Positions 49,950 to 63,971 of a stretch of DNA of 64,000 bases are shown here, in pieces. Below the pieces are notes generated by a model. That model was not told where the DNA came from, made no database searches, and saw only the letters and a program-made list of their open reading frames with translations. Numbering within the stretch: the stretch's first letter is position 1; each line of letters starts with the position of its first letter. The translations under genes were made by a program, and so were the position numbers. This DNA comes from Chiloscyllium plagiosum (taxonomy: Eukaryota), in NCBI RefSeq assembly GCF_004010195.1, contig NC_057718.1, forward strand, positions 57,584,660-57,648,659. The letters are read 5' to 3'.

Positions 49950-50275
49950 GCTCGCTTGACATCCAGCTTTGGATGAGCGACAATATCCTCCAGATATGTT
50001 CTTTGGCTTTTGCCACACCCTCTGTAACTTTGCCACTGATTCCAAGTCCTTCGCTGGCCACAGTCCAGGGCTGAAGTATACAGCCTTGGCATTGTACACA
50101 ATCCTGACTTAAGGTTTCAATGCTATATCACTATATCCTAAAGATTGCTAAACTCCAACTCCACAACATGTCTGATTGTACCCCTACATCCACTCTTTGG
50201 CTGCTGAAATCTTCATCCATGCTTTTAACAACCCTAGACCAAACTATTTCAATGCTTTCCTGGATGCCTCCTACG
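49950..50275 (+). mobile_element. L2 LINE RT C-terminal remnant
   Basis: DIQLWMSDNILQ and AAEIFIHAF...R.NYFNAFL match the L2 motifs WM..N.L.LN and LIHAF..SRLDY.NA. Confidence 0.7.
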
Positions 50276-50555
50276 ACAGGAGAGAACTATTTGCAATTAT
50301 TCTTTTGAGTTAATATTTTGTATGTTAACCCCACTCTTGGCTTCTCTACCCCTGCACTCATTAAAACTGCATAACTTAATTCCTATTGCCTGTCCTTATT
50401 CTTCATTCCAAAAATATAATAATTCACATTTCTCTATTGTTTTAATCGCTTTTGTCAATGTGTTCCAATGATGTTGAAATGTGAAAGCCATGATTTCACG
50501 CTTGTGACTTTATTTTCTTGTTTTCATTCACCTTCGTAATTTTTACAGCTAGTCT

Positions 50556-50812
50556 TAGAATCATAGAGATGTACAGCACGGAAACAGACCATTCAGTCCA
50601 ACGTGTCCATACCGACTAGATAAACTAACCTAATCTAGTTCCATTTGCCAGCACTTGGCCCTTAGCCCACTAAACCCTTCCTATTCATATATCCATCCAG
50701 ATGCCTTTTACATGTTGTAATTGTACCGGCCACCACCACTTCCTCCGGCAGCTCATTCCAGACATGCACCACCTTCTGCATGAAAAAGTTGCCTCATAGG
50801 TCTCTTTTATAT
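50556..50812 (-). mobile_element. CR1 3' end
   Basis: Reverse complement of the CR1 tail seen at 13-66. Confidence 0.85.
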
Positions 50813-51764
50813 CCCAATATTTAATCAATTAAACAAAGCTAATCAAAGCAAAAATTGCACTCTGCAGTCACTGGTACAACCATCTGCCATGTCATATTAT
50901 TGATCTGCTTATTCCTATTCCACAGTTGGCAGATGAGATAATAAAATAATGAAATTTGGCCATTTTCAAATAGGTTAGTGGGAATTGTGGAATCAGGATG
51001 AACAGTACCTCACTGAGACTAACAAGTATGCCTCCTTAAATAATAAACCATTTGAATGATCCACAAAATTCATTTCTTAACCATTATATCCAGTCAGTCC
51101 TAGGAATTTGTGCATTGAATTTCAAGGTGGGTTATCAAGGGCAAGGGCTGTAGTGGGCAAGTTAGTGAGGGCAATTGTGGGGATTAGAGGTGCAATGCGA
51201 GAATGCAGAAGGACAACACTGTGATGGGGAGGGGCAACTCAACATGTAATTAGGTGGAGATGATATTGCATTACAGAAAATGGATTACTACAGAGGGGAT
51301 TAGTGATGGTGCCCACCACCTTGGCTTTAACAGTGTTTGCCAATGTTAAACTGGAGTTAATGTTGGGAGATTAGACTTAAGTGAAAGAGTTAAGTAAAAA
51401 TGTATAGAAGCTCAAAACTGATGGGGTCAACAGGGAGGGGAAGGAAGACAGAAACATAAAGGTACGGGAAGTGGGGGTAGGGAGCTTTGAGTGAGCGACT
51501 GAAGTGTGACCTATGTTGCATCTTCAACTGAAATCACACTGCACAATGGAAATGGAGAAGTGGTTGCATCTACAACTGGAATGGGTGGAGTAATCCTTTT
51601 ATTAATGCCTAAGGATGGTGACTGCACTTGTGAGAGATGTGAGGTCCTTAAAGTGGCAATTGCATTAATCAAACAATTGCATGTCACAAGTTTAAGGCAT
51701 CCGTAATCATAGAATTCTGCACATGAAATGTGCTATGTAATGAACCAGACTTTATAAAAAGATC

Positions 51765-53861
51765 TTAAAGGGAACACTTAGGAAGCAGCGATCATAATAT
51801 GGTAGAGTTCAGTCTGCAGTTTGAAAGAGAGAAGGCAAAATCAGATGTAATGGTGTTACAGTTAAATAAAGGTAATTGTGAAGGCATGAGAGAGGAACTG
51901 ACGAAAATAGACTGGAAGCAGAGCCTAGCAGGGAAGACAGTAGAGCAAAAATGGCAGGGAGTTTGTGGGTATAATTGAGGACACCGTATAGAGGTTCATC
52001 CCCAAGAAAAGAAAGATTATCCAGGGAGGGATTAGACAGCCATGGCTGACAAAGGAAGTCAGGAAATGTATTAAAGAAAAAAAGAGATCCTATAAAGTGG
52101 CCAAGAGCACTGGGAAATCAGAAGATTGGAAAGGCTACAAAAACAAACAGNNNNNNNNNNNNNNNNNNNNNNNNNNNNNNNNNNNNNNNNNNNNNNNNNN
52201 NNNNNNNNNNNNNNNNNNNNNNNNNNNNNNNNNNNNNNNNNNNNNNNNNNNNNNNNNNNNNNNNNNNNNNNNNNNNNNNNNNNNNNNNNNNNNNNNNNNN
52301 NNNNNNNNNNNNNNNNNNNNNNNNNNNNNNNNNNNNNNNNNNNNNNNNNNNNNNNNNNNNNNNNNNNNNNNNNNNNNNNNNNNNNNNNNNNNNNNNNNNN
52401 NNNNNNNNNNNNNNNNNNNNNNNNNNNNNNNNNNNNNNNNNNNNNNNNNNNNNNNNNNNNNNNNNNNNNNNNNNNNNNNNNNNNNNNNNNNNNNNNNNNN
52501 NNNNNNNNNNNNNNNNNNNNNNNNNNNNNNNNNNNNNNNNNNNNNNNNNNNNNNNNNNNNNNNNNNNNNNNNNNNNNNNNNNNNNNNNNNNNNNNNNNNN
52601 NNNNNNNNNNNNNNNNNNNNNNNNNNNNNNNNNNNNNNNNNNNNNNNNNNNNNNNNNNNNNNNNNNNNNNNNNNNNNNNNNNNNNNNNNNNNNNNNNNNN
52701 NNNNNNNNNNNNNNNNNNNNNNNNNNNNNNNNNNNNNNNNNNNNNNNNNNNNNNNNNNNNNNNNNNNNNNNNNNNNNNNNNNNNNNNNNNNNNNNNNNNN
52801 NNNNNNNNNNNNNNNNNNNNNNNNNNNNNNNNNNNNNNNNNNNNNNNNNNNNNNNNNNNNNNNNNNNNNNNNNNNNNNNNNNNNNNNNNNNNNNNNNNNN
52901 NNNNNNNNNNNNNNNNNNNNNNNNNNNNNNNNNNNNNNNNNNNNNNNNNNNNNNNNNNNNNNNNNNNNNNNNNNNNNNNNNNNGAGGAAGTGGGGAGGCT
53001 GCAGAAGGATCCTAGACAGTTTGGGAGAGTGGTCCAGGAAATGGCTGATGGAATTCAATATGAGCAAATGCGAGGTCTTGTACTTTGGAAAAAAGAATAC
53101 AAGCATGGACTACTTTCTAAATGGTGAGAAAATTCATAAAGCCAAAGTACAAAGGGATCTGGGCGTGTGAGTCAAGGATTCTCTAAAGGTAAACATGCAG
53201 GTTGAGTCTGTGAGTAAGAAAGCAAATGCAATGTTGTCATTTATCTCAAGAGGGTTGGAATATAAAAGCACCGTTGTGCTACTGAGACTTTATAAAGCTC
53301 TGGTTAGGCCCCATTTGGAGTACTGTGTCCAGTTTTGGACCCCACACCTCAGGAAGGACATACTGGAACTGGAGCGTGTCCAGCGGAGATTTACATGGAT
53401 GATCCCTGGAATGGTAGGTCTAATATATGAGGAATGGCTGAGGATCCTGGGATTGTATTCATTGGAGATTAGAAGATTAAGGGGAGATCTAATTGAAACT
53501 TACAAGATAATACATGGCTTGGAGAGGGTGGACGCTAGGAAATTGTTTCCATTAGGCGAGGATACTAGCACCCGTGGACACAGCCTTAGAATTAGAGGGG
53601 GTAAATTCAGAACAGAAATGTGGAGACATTTCTTCAGCCAGAGAGTGATGGGCCTGTGGAATTCATTGCCGCGGAGTGCAGTGGGGGCCGGGATGCCAAA
53701 TGTCTTCAAGGCAGAGATTGATAAATTCTTGATGTCACAAGGAATTAAGGGCTACGGGGAGAATGCGGGTAAGTGGAGTTGAAATGCCCATCAGCCATGA
53801 TTGAATGGCGGAGTGGACTCGATGGGTCGAATGGCCTTACTTCCACTCCGATGTCTTATGG
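51765..53861 (+). mobile_element. Young CR1 LINE spanning the assembly gap
   Basis: APE end EHLGSSDHNMVEF (~51772-51810), QPWLTKE linker, RT C-terminus ORF 53195-53782 (LYKALVRPHLEYCVQFW), CR1 3' UTR. Confidence 0.9.
52151..52983. other. Assembly gap (833 N)
   Basis: Run of N. Confidence 1.
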
Positions 53862-54479
53862 AAACATATGCAGTTAATAACTATGTTGAATGTAAATCCT
53901 GGTCACAAACAACCCTGAACATTACAGATTGATCACACTCATCTCTGTGAGGAAATAATCACAGGCAACATTTAAAGTGTCATTTGTGGGCCACAATTCA
54001 CAAAGACAATCCAAGGTATGACACTGCACAAGGAATTGGAGCTGATTTCCCCTTATTGTGAACTGTAAGTATTTAACAACATACTTTTATTTGTAATGGT
54101 TCGTTCTTGGTTGATGTGGGGCGCCCATGTTTCAGTAATCCTACTGCACGTAGAATCTCCTACCATACCAATGTGACATGGTAAAGCTGCATTCATCATA
54201 ATAAGGTCCACTTGTCAATATCTATGTAGAAGCATTCCGTGGTTCTCCTTGTCAGAGTCCTCCATGTCCCACTGTTTCAAGGATGATGATAAAGTTATCA
54301 TTTGTGGGTGATGTGAATACTGATTACTAACATTACTAAAGAACCTGTTCCATTTCTGATATTCCCCACACAGATTCAATATCCATCCACAGCAGGGGCT
54401 ATTGTTACTGTGGTCACAGCACAACAAAGGTGCAGAGAAACTGAGGGGCAAAAAATGCACAAGTCCAAGACCAGAGATT

Positions 54480-56700
54480 GCCAAAGAGACTCCACACGAA
54501 GATGTTGCAGCTGAAGGCTCCCCCCACCTCAAAGGCAACTCAATGCCATTTCTTTCAAATGACACCTTACTACTACAGACTGAGAATCCCCTGTGACACT
54601 GTCAGCAAACTATGTTACCTGCTGGAGAAGGACTGTCAGACTGAACGGAATGGCAGCTATCCTGCCCTCATGGCCAAGGTGAGAGTGCGCTCCATTTTTA
54701 TGCAACTGACCATTTACTGACCATTCCAACTGGCAATACTATTTGGGATCTATCAAACCACAAATGTATCAAGGCTTTTATTGAAGCAATTTGTGTCAGA
54801 TTACACCACTTCATCTTGTCTGCCCATGATGAGGTCAGTGCTACAGCTCAGACAGTAAGCCTTCCGAACAGGAAAAGCTTTCACCAGGTGTTATACATTG
54901 TACACACATTGAGTTGAGAGCATCGTATCATAACTTGGCAGAATTTATCAATAGAAAAGACTTCATCCAGTAAATGCACAAGTCATTTCTGATCATCTTA
55001 GAGGGTTGCACCAAATAAGAACTCAGAGGAGTAGGCCAGCTGGCCCATCGAGCCTGCTCCGCCATTCAATAAGATCATGGCTGATCTTTCGTGGACTCAG
55101 CTCCATTTACCCATTTGCTCACCCTAACCCTTGATTCCTTTCCTGTTCAAAAATCTATCTTTGCCTTAAAAACATTCAATGAGATAGTCTCAATTATTTC
55201 ACTGCTCAGGGAATTCCACAGATTCACAATCCTGAAGAGGTCCCTCCTCAACTCAGTCCTAAACCTGCTTCCCCTTATTTTGAAGCTATGCCTCCTACTT
55301 CTAGTTTCACCCGCCAGTGGAAACAACCTCCCTGCTTCTATCCCATTTATTCTCTTCCAAAATGACACCCCCGCACCCATCCTTGCCATTCTAAATTCGA
55401 GTACAGTCCCAGTGTACTTAATCTTTCCTGATAAGGCAACCTTCTCAATTCTCAAATCAACCTAGTGACCCTCCTCTGCACCCTCTCAGGGCCAGTACAT
55501 CCTTTCTCAAGTAAGGAGGCCAAAACTGTACACCGTACTCTAGGTGCGGTCTCCCAATCACCTTATACAGCTGTAGTGTAACTTCCCTGTTTTTAAAATG
55601 CCATCCCTTTAGTAATGAAAGATAATATTCCATCTCCCTTAATTACCTGCTGCACGTGCAAACCAACTTTTAGTGATTCATGCACAAGAACACCAAGGTC
55701 CCTCTGCATAGCAGCTTGGTGCAGTTTTTCACTATTTAAATAACGGCCCATTATGAGGTTATTCCTGCCGAAATGGATGACCTCACATTTATCAACATTG
55801 TACTCTATCTACCAGATGCTTGCCCACTCACTTAACTTATCTATATCCATCCGTAGACTTTCAGTGTCCTCTGCACACTTTGCTCTACCACTTATTTTAC
55901 GGTCATCTGCAAACTTTGACACATTCACTTGGTCCCCAACTCCAAATCATCTATGTAAATTGTGGTCCCAATACTGATCCCTGAGGCACACCACTACCCA
56001 CTGATCGCCAACCAGAAAAACACCCGTTTCTCTCCACTCTGCTTTCTGTTAGTTAACCAATCTTCTATTCATGCTAATACATTATCTATAATGCTGTGCA
56101 TCTTTATCTTATACAGCAATATTTTGCACGGCACCTTGTTAAGTGCCTTCTGATAATCCAGGTACACCTGTTCCTCTGGTTCCCCACTGTCCACTACACT
56201 CACCCATGTCCTCAAAGAATTCCAGTAAATTAGTTAAACAAGACCTGCTTTTCATGAACCCATGCTATGCCTGCCTTGTGGAATACCCTGGAATCTACCT
56301 TGATGTCTATGTCCTTGATAACTCTCAACCTCCTTTTTCATTTCAAGACCTGGATGCCTATGAGGAAAGCTGCTGATGAAGAGGGCTACCCTTTGTAACC
56401 ATGGCTGATGACTCCATTGCACAATCCCCTGACTGAGGCTGAGCACAGATATAGCAGAATCCATTCTTCCACCAGGGCCATGGTGCAGCAGACAACAGGC
56501 CTCATGGAGATGAGGTTCTTACACTTGGATCTGTCGGAGGTGATCTTACAGTACAGCTCTGTCACAATATACCACATAACCCATGCAGGTTGTGCTCTGC
56601 ACACTTCAGCAGCCAAAGAGGGGATGTGATGGACACTAAAGAACTGAGAGCATGGCAGCAAACTGAAGAGGAAGACGAAGACTTGGAGCAAGAGGAACAC
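54480..56700 (+). mobile_element. Harbinger transposase remnant interrupted by CR1
   Basis: N-part RLRIPCDTVSKLCYLLEKD...AKV (54478-54720); C-part YPG..D.YVLDNS, GYPL.PWLMTPLHNPLTEAEHRYSRIHSSTRAMVQQTTGLMEMRF..LD...GCALHT (56280-56629). Confidence 0.85.
55015..56272 (-). mobile_element. CR1 LINE RT to 3' end
   Basis: ORF 55147-55455 (RLFPLAGETRSRRHSFKIRG..FRTE); antisense KFADD at ~55903-55915. Confidence 0.88.
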
Positions 56701-57811
56701 CACCTTTAGGCAGTAAGAGAGATTGGAAGGAGTCAGAGGACTTAATTGTCAGCCAGTTCCAAAGGACAAGAGTTTGGTGAGTTTGTTTTTTTTGACTATA
56801 AATGTTTTGTTACATGAAAGCTCCTATTTATTTCCAGAAGGAAATACAGTTTTATTTTTGTTAGTTTCTTCTTTGTTTTACTTGTTGATCAATGAAACTT
56901 AATGTTTAAAACTATTTTGAAGGCTTTCCAATATCTGATCTCCCACAATACAGGAGATGTTTATGCTGAGATGGGCATTAGGGAAAAGAGTAGTTGTTCC
57001 TGTAACAGGGTTTTAACATGGTATGGTACAAAGTTGGAGTAGTCTGTGTATTTTTATTTCTTGTAGCTGCATTTATTAAAACAGCAGATATTTATGAAAT
57101 GAGATTCTGTTTCCAATACTGAGCCACCTATATGCCCTCAGATGCAGTTCCTTCTTGTTTCTCCCCAATTGCAAGTATTGTGAAGGACTACTCACAGTTG
57201 GCAGCAATTAACTTGGTTCAGAACTGGGTTTTAAATACGAGCCAGTGGCAGGAATCTCAACGTCACGGCAACGACAAATATGTCTACCATTGACAATTTA
57301 CTGAGTTGCATGGGTGATACAGGTGTGATGCACACATAATGCGGTGAGCAACAGAGGGTTGTGTGAAGTAACTTGCCAGAGGTCACGGAAAGACACCCTT
57401 AATTAAAATCCCTTAAGTTGTCACTTTGCCAGTATTTAGTCAAATTCAGGCCATTCTCTCCATTTGTAATTAAATTAGTGTCAATTTCCAACTTTGATGC
57501 CTGAGCAGTAAATTATTTGGATAACAACTGAGTGATTTGATAACGTGGTGGGAGTTTTCTACACCACATTATTACCCAGATGATGCTGTGTCCCATGTTA
57601 TTTGTAAATGATTAGGGCTGGAGTTTGGAAGAAGTTAACGATTTATTATTTACATTAAAACAGTGATTACACTTGAAAAGTATGAAATGGCCGTAAAGTC
57701 CTCAAGTTGTGAAAAGAGTTATAAAAATACATTGTGTACTTTAGCTAATAATGTATAGCAGCCATAAATGCCCTAAACATTTTCCCGTGTAGATGTTAAG
57801 TTTAAAAAAAG

Positions 57812-57922
57812 AACCAAAGAACTGCAGATGCTGGAAATCAGATGTAAATACAAAAATCACTGGAAAAACAGTGAAAAACAGATCTGGCAGTATCTGTGCA
57901 GAGAAAACAGAATTAATGTTTT
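57812..57922 (-). mobile_element. PLE terminal fragment (subfamily 2)
   Basis: AAAGAACTGCAGATGCTGGAAATC...AGATCTGGCAGTATCTGTG.AGAGAAAACAGAATTAATGTTT is the reverse complement of 48625-48730. Confidence 0.75.
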
Positions 57923-58374
57923 GTATCCATGTTTTGCTGCTTATTAAATACAAGGACGACCTTTGCTTTCTCTAATTTTCAGGTACTACTCCAGTTTTTG
58001 AGGAGCTCTGCAAAATATCAAAGCATCATTAATTTCCTGCTTTTTATATAAATGACTTTAACATGTATCCAGTGTGGCCGCAGAAGCTCTGTGGATACTT
58101 TATACTTCCAGTTTCTGCATAACTTATTATTTGGCAACTTCTGAATGTGCTATTGCTGCACCCAGGGGTATCCAAGATATAGTCTAGAGCCAATATGTGC
58201 TGTGAAAATCTGGCTCTTGTGTCATTGTCAATTTTTTAATATTTATATTTCTTGTCCAGCCATTTATCTCAGTTGAATTTTATGCATCTGCAAGTTTTTA
58301 AACACTGATTTACTTGAAATAATACATTTAATAGATTACTTCACAGAATTTTATTCATAAAAAAATAGATATCA

Positions 58375-58830
58375 GCTGAAGGAGGACATATACGGGAGAG
58401 TGACTAATACCTTGATCAAAAAATTGAATTTTAAGCATTGTGTTAAAAGAGAGAAAACTACAGAGATGAAGAAATCTAGGATGGGAATTCCAGATCCTAA
58501 AGCCCAGGTAGTATAAAGTCAGAGAGAATACACAAGAGGAAAGAGTCAGAGGAGGTGTAAAACAATGAGGAGAGTTAAATATAATGAAGAGCATTTTAAA
58601 TTGGAGTCACTGAAAGACCAGGAACTAATATGGGTCAACAAAGAGGTCAAGGGTAAAGGTACTGTGAGACAGGATCAGATAACAGTGCTCTGTCCGAGTT
58701 GAGGTTTTACAGAGGGTTGTGAATGGCAGACATGCATGATGTTTTCAGCTGGATAGGGGAAGAAACAGAGAGGCAGCTGATATTATAGATGTGGAAGTAG
58801 TCAGTTATTGCAAGTGAGGGTTTAAAGATC
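58375..58830 (-). mobile_element. L2 3' remnant
   Basis: CTTGATCAAA...TTTTAAG..TGTTAAAAGAG...GGGAATTCCAGA..CTAAAGCCCAGG, L2-type antisense 3' region; homologous to 14870-15120. Confidence 0.55.
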
Positions 58831-59085
58831 CATTCTGAACACAGCTTCTTCATATGTAGAGAAATCCCAAGATATGCATAGCATCAGAAACGTGAATGTC
58901 AGTTCTATATATAGTTGCCAGAGTTCTGTGATGTGCACTTAATATGATGTATGAAGACAAAATCCCAAGTACTCATTGCTTCTTTAAATGCTGACATGAT
59001 CCCTAGGAGGATACTCAATGGGGTGCTGCAACCATTAGGTCAGTGGTAGAGCTCCCACTCTTAGTTAGATAACACATGAATGAGT

Positions 59086-59420
59086 GGGGCAGTGGCTCAG
59101 TGATTAGCACTGCTGCCTCACAGCACCAGCATTCCATTCCAGCCTCAGGTGACTGTGTGTAGTTTGCACATTCTCCCCCTGGCTACATGTGTCTTGTCTG
59201 GGTGCTCCAGTTTTCTCCCATAGCCCAAAGATGTACAAGTTAGGTGGATTGCTAAATTTCCCATAGTGTCCAGGGATGTGCAGGCTAGGTGGATTAACCA
59301 TTGGAATGCAGGCTTACAGAGATAGGATGGGGGTATGGATCTGGATGGGATGCTCTTTGGAGGGTCGGTGTGGATTCAATAGGCTGAGTAGCCTGCTTCT
59401 ACACTAGTGATTCTAAGATT
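59086..59420 (+). mobile_element. Older HE1-like SINE
   Basis: GTGGCTCAGTGATTAGCACTGCTGCCTCACAGC head, internal TTTGCACATTCTCCCC, CR1-like tail. Confidence 0.82.
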
Positions 59421-61403
59421 GCAGAATTGTCATGTTGGTCAGAACTAGATTTTGACTTTGTATTGAAACTATAGCTGAAATATAAAAGTCAAGTCATATG
59501 CATTTCTATGCTCCCTGGTCATATTTAATTACTGGTTGTAACCCATGCTTAGCATATGAGCTGAAAATTTGTGATTGACATTTTATTTTCGATTCTGAGC
59601 CCCGCAGTGCCATTGTGCAATGGTCAATATTACTATGGAGGCAAATTGGCATTAATTTCAGCAAATGTTATTTCACCACTGTTTTAACTGAAGGGAGGTG
59701 AGCTACGATACTTAGCTGTTCAGTATTTTTGGTGAGGATCTCTGCTGAGTAGCAGAAATTAGCAGCAATTATGCATGGGTCAGGTAATAGCATAACTCAA
59801 ATCATAATTTCCTGAAATTACTGTACTTTAATAATAGCGTACACTGTAGATGAACCAATACATTGGCTGAGGCTTTGAGTAAATTCAAGCCTCATGTGCA
59901 GGTTGGAACCCTGTAATAATTCTGTCAAGCAGCAGTCTTGATGGAAAGAAGAAAATTACTACATTGGGGACCATAGCAATCAATAGCATAGCATGCTTCA
60001 TAGACTGAAGACATTTTTAAAAAATTTAAAAGTCTTTACAAACGTACACTTGCTTGGGCTTTTAAAATTCAAATTCTAGTATTTATTCCATAGCAGTATT
60101 ATTCTCTAGGAACGTTGTGCAGTGCTGTTAAGGTACAGACAATGTGAAAACAAGATCTGACATATTTCTGTAATTTGCATTCCAATCTTACTGCCCACAC
60201 TGACTCAAAGATTGAATGTGCTGGGCATTTACAGCAAAATGTTGCTCTTGGCAGAGAGCTGACAGAAAGATTAGCCTCCTGAAATTCTCTACTCACCTGC
60301 TGCCATGTTTCTTATCTTCTTTCATAATTATTTATTGAAGTATTTGGTTCAATCTTGTTTATTCATTTTGAAATGCTTCATTTCAAAACATTCATAACAG
60401 CATTACATTGACTGAATTTTCTTCTGCTATATTTTGTACTATTCAATAATTTTGTTTCACATTTTTCATGGGATGTTTCCTATCTTTAACAGGTAGAACT
60501 TAAAGATGGCAGATTTCCTTCCCAATGGGAGTTTACAGCAATTAATGATCATTTCAATTTTGGATTTTCTTTCAAAGAATTTAAGTTTCACAATTTTACA
60601 TAGGGGGATTTGAACCAATGTCACTAAAGCACTCATCCAGTGACATTATTATTGTGCCACCATCACTCGCATCCTTGTGGGGCTAAATGTACACACGCAA
60701 AACCTTGCACCACAATCATTTTTTTTTAAACAATGTCAATTTAAATTATTACCATGTTATTTAGCACCAGGTTACCATCCAGATTTAGTAGACAGCTGTT
60801 CATAAATTCAATGTAGACACCAGAGAACATTGTGAATCGATTTCAAATTTCACCTTTGCTGCTGGTGTCCTCAGTTAGTCTTTGTGTTCATATGAGTTAC
60901 CTCAAGAATGGATGTTTCACGGTCTTTAATTTTACTGTTGACTAATTAAATAGATTTTTGTCAGATTGACACTGGTTTTCTGGGACAATCCATACCCTTT
61001 TCATTTATGCAGCACCTATTTTACAAGGTTCATACTGAAAGTGAAAGAGTATTATTGCATCTAATCTTGTGTTTTGTCCTAGTAAGTTAAGACAGCAAAT
61101 CTATTCTTCAGTATAGAGAAGATATGAATACAGATGAAGAATATATAGATTTGATTTGACAGTTTGTGCACTATGACCTTGTGTATATACCTGTGGGAAT
61201 CAGAAAGGGATAGAAAGGGTTTCATAAAATACATTTGTAACATATTATCTCAGAATGTTTTAAGAATGCACATTGCTGCTCTCCTTTAGCAGATGAAATA
61301 TATGGAGAATGAAAGTTAAATATTAAAATAAATATGTTCATCCTTGAAGAAAATCAAATAACTTACCTGTGATAATGTCTCAAAAAGGTAAGAAAACTGA
61401 GTA

Positions 61404-61560
61404 CAGAACAACCTTGATTATCCAAACCAGAAGGGTGGGGAGTATTTCATCTGGATAACTGATTGTTCGGATAAGGATAACGCTCTTATGGCACCTTGAG
61501 ATCTTGTTTGGATAATCCGAAATTTGGATAATCGACGTTTGGATAACTGAGATGGTTATG
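61404..61560. mobile_element. Tc1/mariner (pogo/Tigger-like) MITE
   Basis: TA on both sides (61402-61403, 61561-61562), CAG start, imperfect terminal inverted repeats (20/26 including TA), repeated GGATAA subterminal motifs. Confidence 0.7.
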
Positions 61561-63481
61561 TATACAGTCATGTGCCAAAATCTAGTCCTGTTCCATAAGA
61601 ATTCTAATTATTTTAACAAGTGTGATGTTGAAACATATAATAATTATTGTATATGTGACTCATACTCCAGTGACCCTATTTATCTGGCTAATTTGACTGT
61701 GATTAATGTGGTCATACAAACAAGTTCTGACTGTGTAATACACACGGGAGCTTCCATTAATCTCTGTATAAAATATCTCCAGATTTCTCAATGATGTCAG
61801 CATTAAAGTGTCCTTAGGGCCCAATGTTGATCACGCAATTGTTCTTCAACTACAATTCTTGCATAAAAAAATTTCAAAAACATCAAGCTAAAGAATCCAA
61901 GCTCTAGATTAGAAAAGAAACAGCAAGCATCTGCAGGAAATTATTAATTAACTGATTGTCATTTTATAAATTTAGAAAACAAATGGAAATCTATACATTT
62001 TAGTTAGTTTTAGCCTGACCGTTTTAATTTAATATGAACAGAAGTTCACTTTCCAGCCCATTGATCTACCCTGCCATGAACGATTATTATCAGGAACATA
62101 AAATACTTTAACCATATATATTATTATATTTTGAAACTTCAATACCCATTTCAAATGATTTCCATTGTCTTGCATGCCTATTAGAACATTAACAATGATA
62201 ATTTTATTCCACACAGTTAACATTGTCTGAACATCAGCTATTTTGTGGTGCACTAAAGAACTAAAATGTAAGGCTCACCAGAAAAACCCACCATTAAAAT
62301 CAAGCAGTTACAAATAATTAAGAATAATTCTGAGTTTTTTTTTTGATATTCATTCAAGTATGAACATATTTTTGTTCAATTGGTGCACACTGCTAACATC
62401 CACAAGGTGAAAAGCTGTTCAACTTGGCCATGGGAAAGCACTGAGTTAGCACAGCAAGTTGATACTAAAGCATCCAGATTAATAAATGAATTTGTACTGA
62501 AGACAATTTTTGAAATTTCAATCTCAGCTACTCATTCAAGTTCACCCTATCACTTTTATCCTTTTAACTAACATAATCATCTAATATGGTTTGAAGGGAT
62601 ACCTGAAATCAAATGGAACTAAGGAATAGGTGATGGACATATTAAAGGTTAAGTATGTGTTAATTAGGTAAATAATTATGGGGAGTTAGTAACCAATAGT
62701 GAGGGTTTCATAGAGTATGGTTAATTGAAGCGAAGCACCCACTAAAAGTTTGGACTTGGATAGAGTTTAAAAACAAGGGTATTTTAGTGTATAATATCTT
62801 CAGAAAGTTAATATTAACTACAAATTATTTATGCCCAAAATACTCTTGTATAATCCTATTATCACCTATATGGTTTTGGCCTGGCTATTTGCATTTGGGG
62901 ATTCTGTTCACTTTGTGAAGTAGTTCCAGAGTTTTGCATTTTCCACATTTTGGTGAGTTGTTTGGCATTGCTTCAATGTATTTGACTGGATCTGGAACTG
63001 GACTCTTTGAAACAGATTGCCAGTAAATGGCTTCCAACAGAAGAATGATGACAAGCCAAATTTTTTCCAGATCACTCTATTTGAGGTGTGGTTGACAGCT
63101 GATTCTATGACTATTTTTTTCCATTAATACAAGGATCCCCTAGTGCTCAAATCCCATTTTAATCCTATATATAGAATTATTGAAATTACAGTTCAGAAGA
63201 AGGGAATTTAAGCTATCAAACTAATGTTAGTGCTAGCTCTTGAGCTCGAGTTGTCTGTTTTGAAACCAGTTGCCCTGCCCTTCCCACTGTCCTCTGTTTC
63301 TAAATATTCTTATTTGTTACAAATTCATGTCTATTGTAAACACCTTGATTTTGTGACATAAGTTACTCCTATACTGTTTCAGAATGTATTACGATATATA
63401 AAGTTGATATTACCTTTTATCTACTTACACAACTTTGCACCTTTGGTTATGCTATTTCATGTAATACTGGTATCATTAATA

Positions 63482-63971
63482 ACAGTAGACAATAGGTGCA
63501 GGAGTAGGCCATTCTGCCCTTCGAGCCTACACCACCATTCAATATGATCATGGCTGATCATCCTTAATCAGTATCCTGTTCCTGCCTTATCTCCATAACC
63601 CTTGATTCCACTATCCTTGAGAGCTCTACCCAACTCTTTCTTAAATGAACCCAGAGACTGGGCCTCCACTGCCCTCTGGGGAAGAGCATTCCACACAGCC
63701 ACCACTCTCTGGGTGAACAAGTTTCTCCTCATCTCTGTCCTAAATGATCTACCCCGTATTTTTAAGCTGTGTCCTCAGGTTCGGTACTCACCCATCAGCG
63801 GAAACATGTTTCCTGCCTCCAGAGTGTCCAATCCTCTAATAATCTTATATGTCTCAATCCATATCCCCTCTACCTTACACTGAAAGACTGGAGCGACTGG
63901 GCTTGTATACCCTTGAGTTTAGAAGACTGAGAGGGGGTTTGATTGAGACATATAAGATTATTAAAGGATTG
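63482..63971 (-). mobile_element. CR1 3' fragment (63482-63871, -) with inverted 5' piece (63873-63971, +)
   Basis: Antisense CR1 tail and RT end; plus-strand YTERLERLGLYTLEFRRLRG.LIETYKIIKG. Confidence 0.85.

Noticed and set aside
52097..53170. Longest ORFs in the track (323-357 aa)
   Set aside because: Artefacts of translating through the 833-N gap inside a CR1.
56280..56629. Host HARBI1 gene
   Set aside because: Stops, frameshifts, degenerate catalytic motifs and a CR1 insertion indicate a dead transposon, not the domesticated gene.
57365..57386. MIR/CORE-SINE-like motif GAAGTAACTTGCCAGAGGTCAC
   Set aside because: About 20 bp of similarity with no supporting head or tail.
60291..60310. 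Minus-strand AACATGGCAGCAG/GTGAGT, a possible first coding exon
   Set aside because: A 9-mer donor match is expected by chance in 64 kb on two strands; no promoter, CpG island or downstream exon supports it.
62560..62880. Possible mitochondrial insertion (strand-skewed composition)
   Set aside because: No recognisable mitochondrial gene, tRNA or control-region block.
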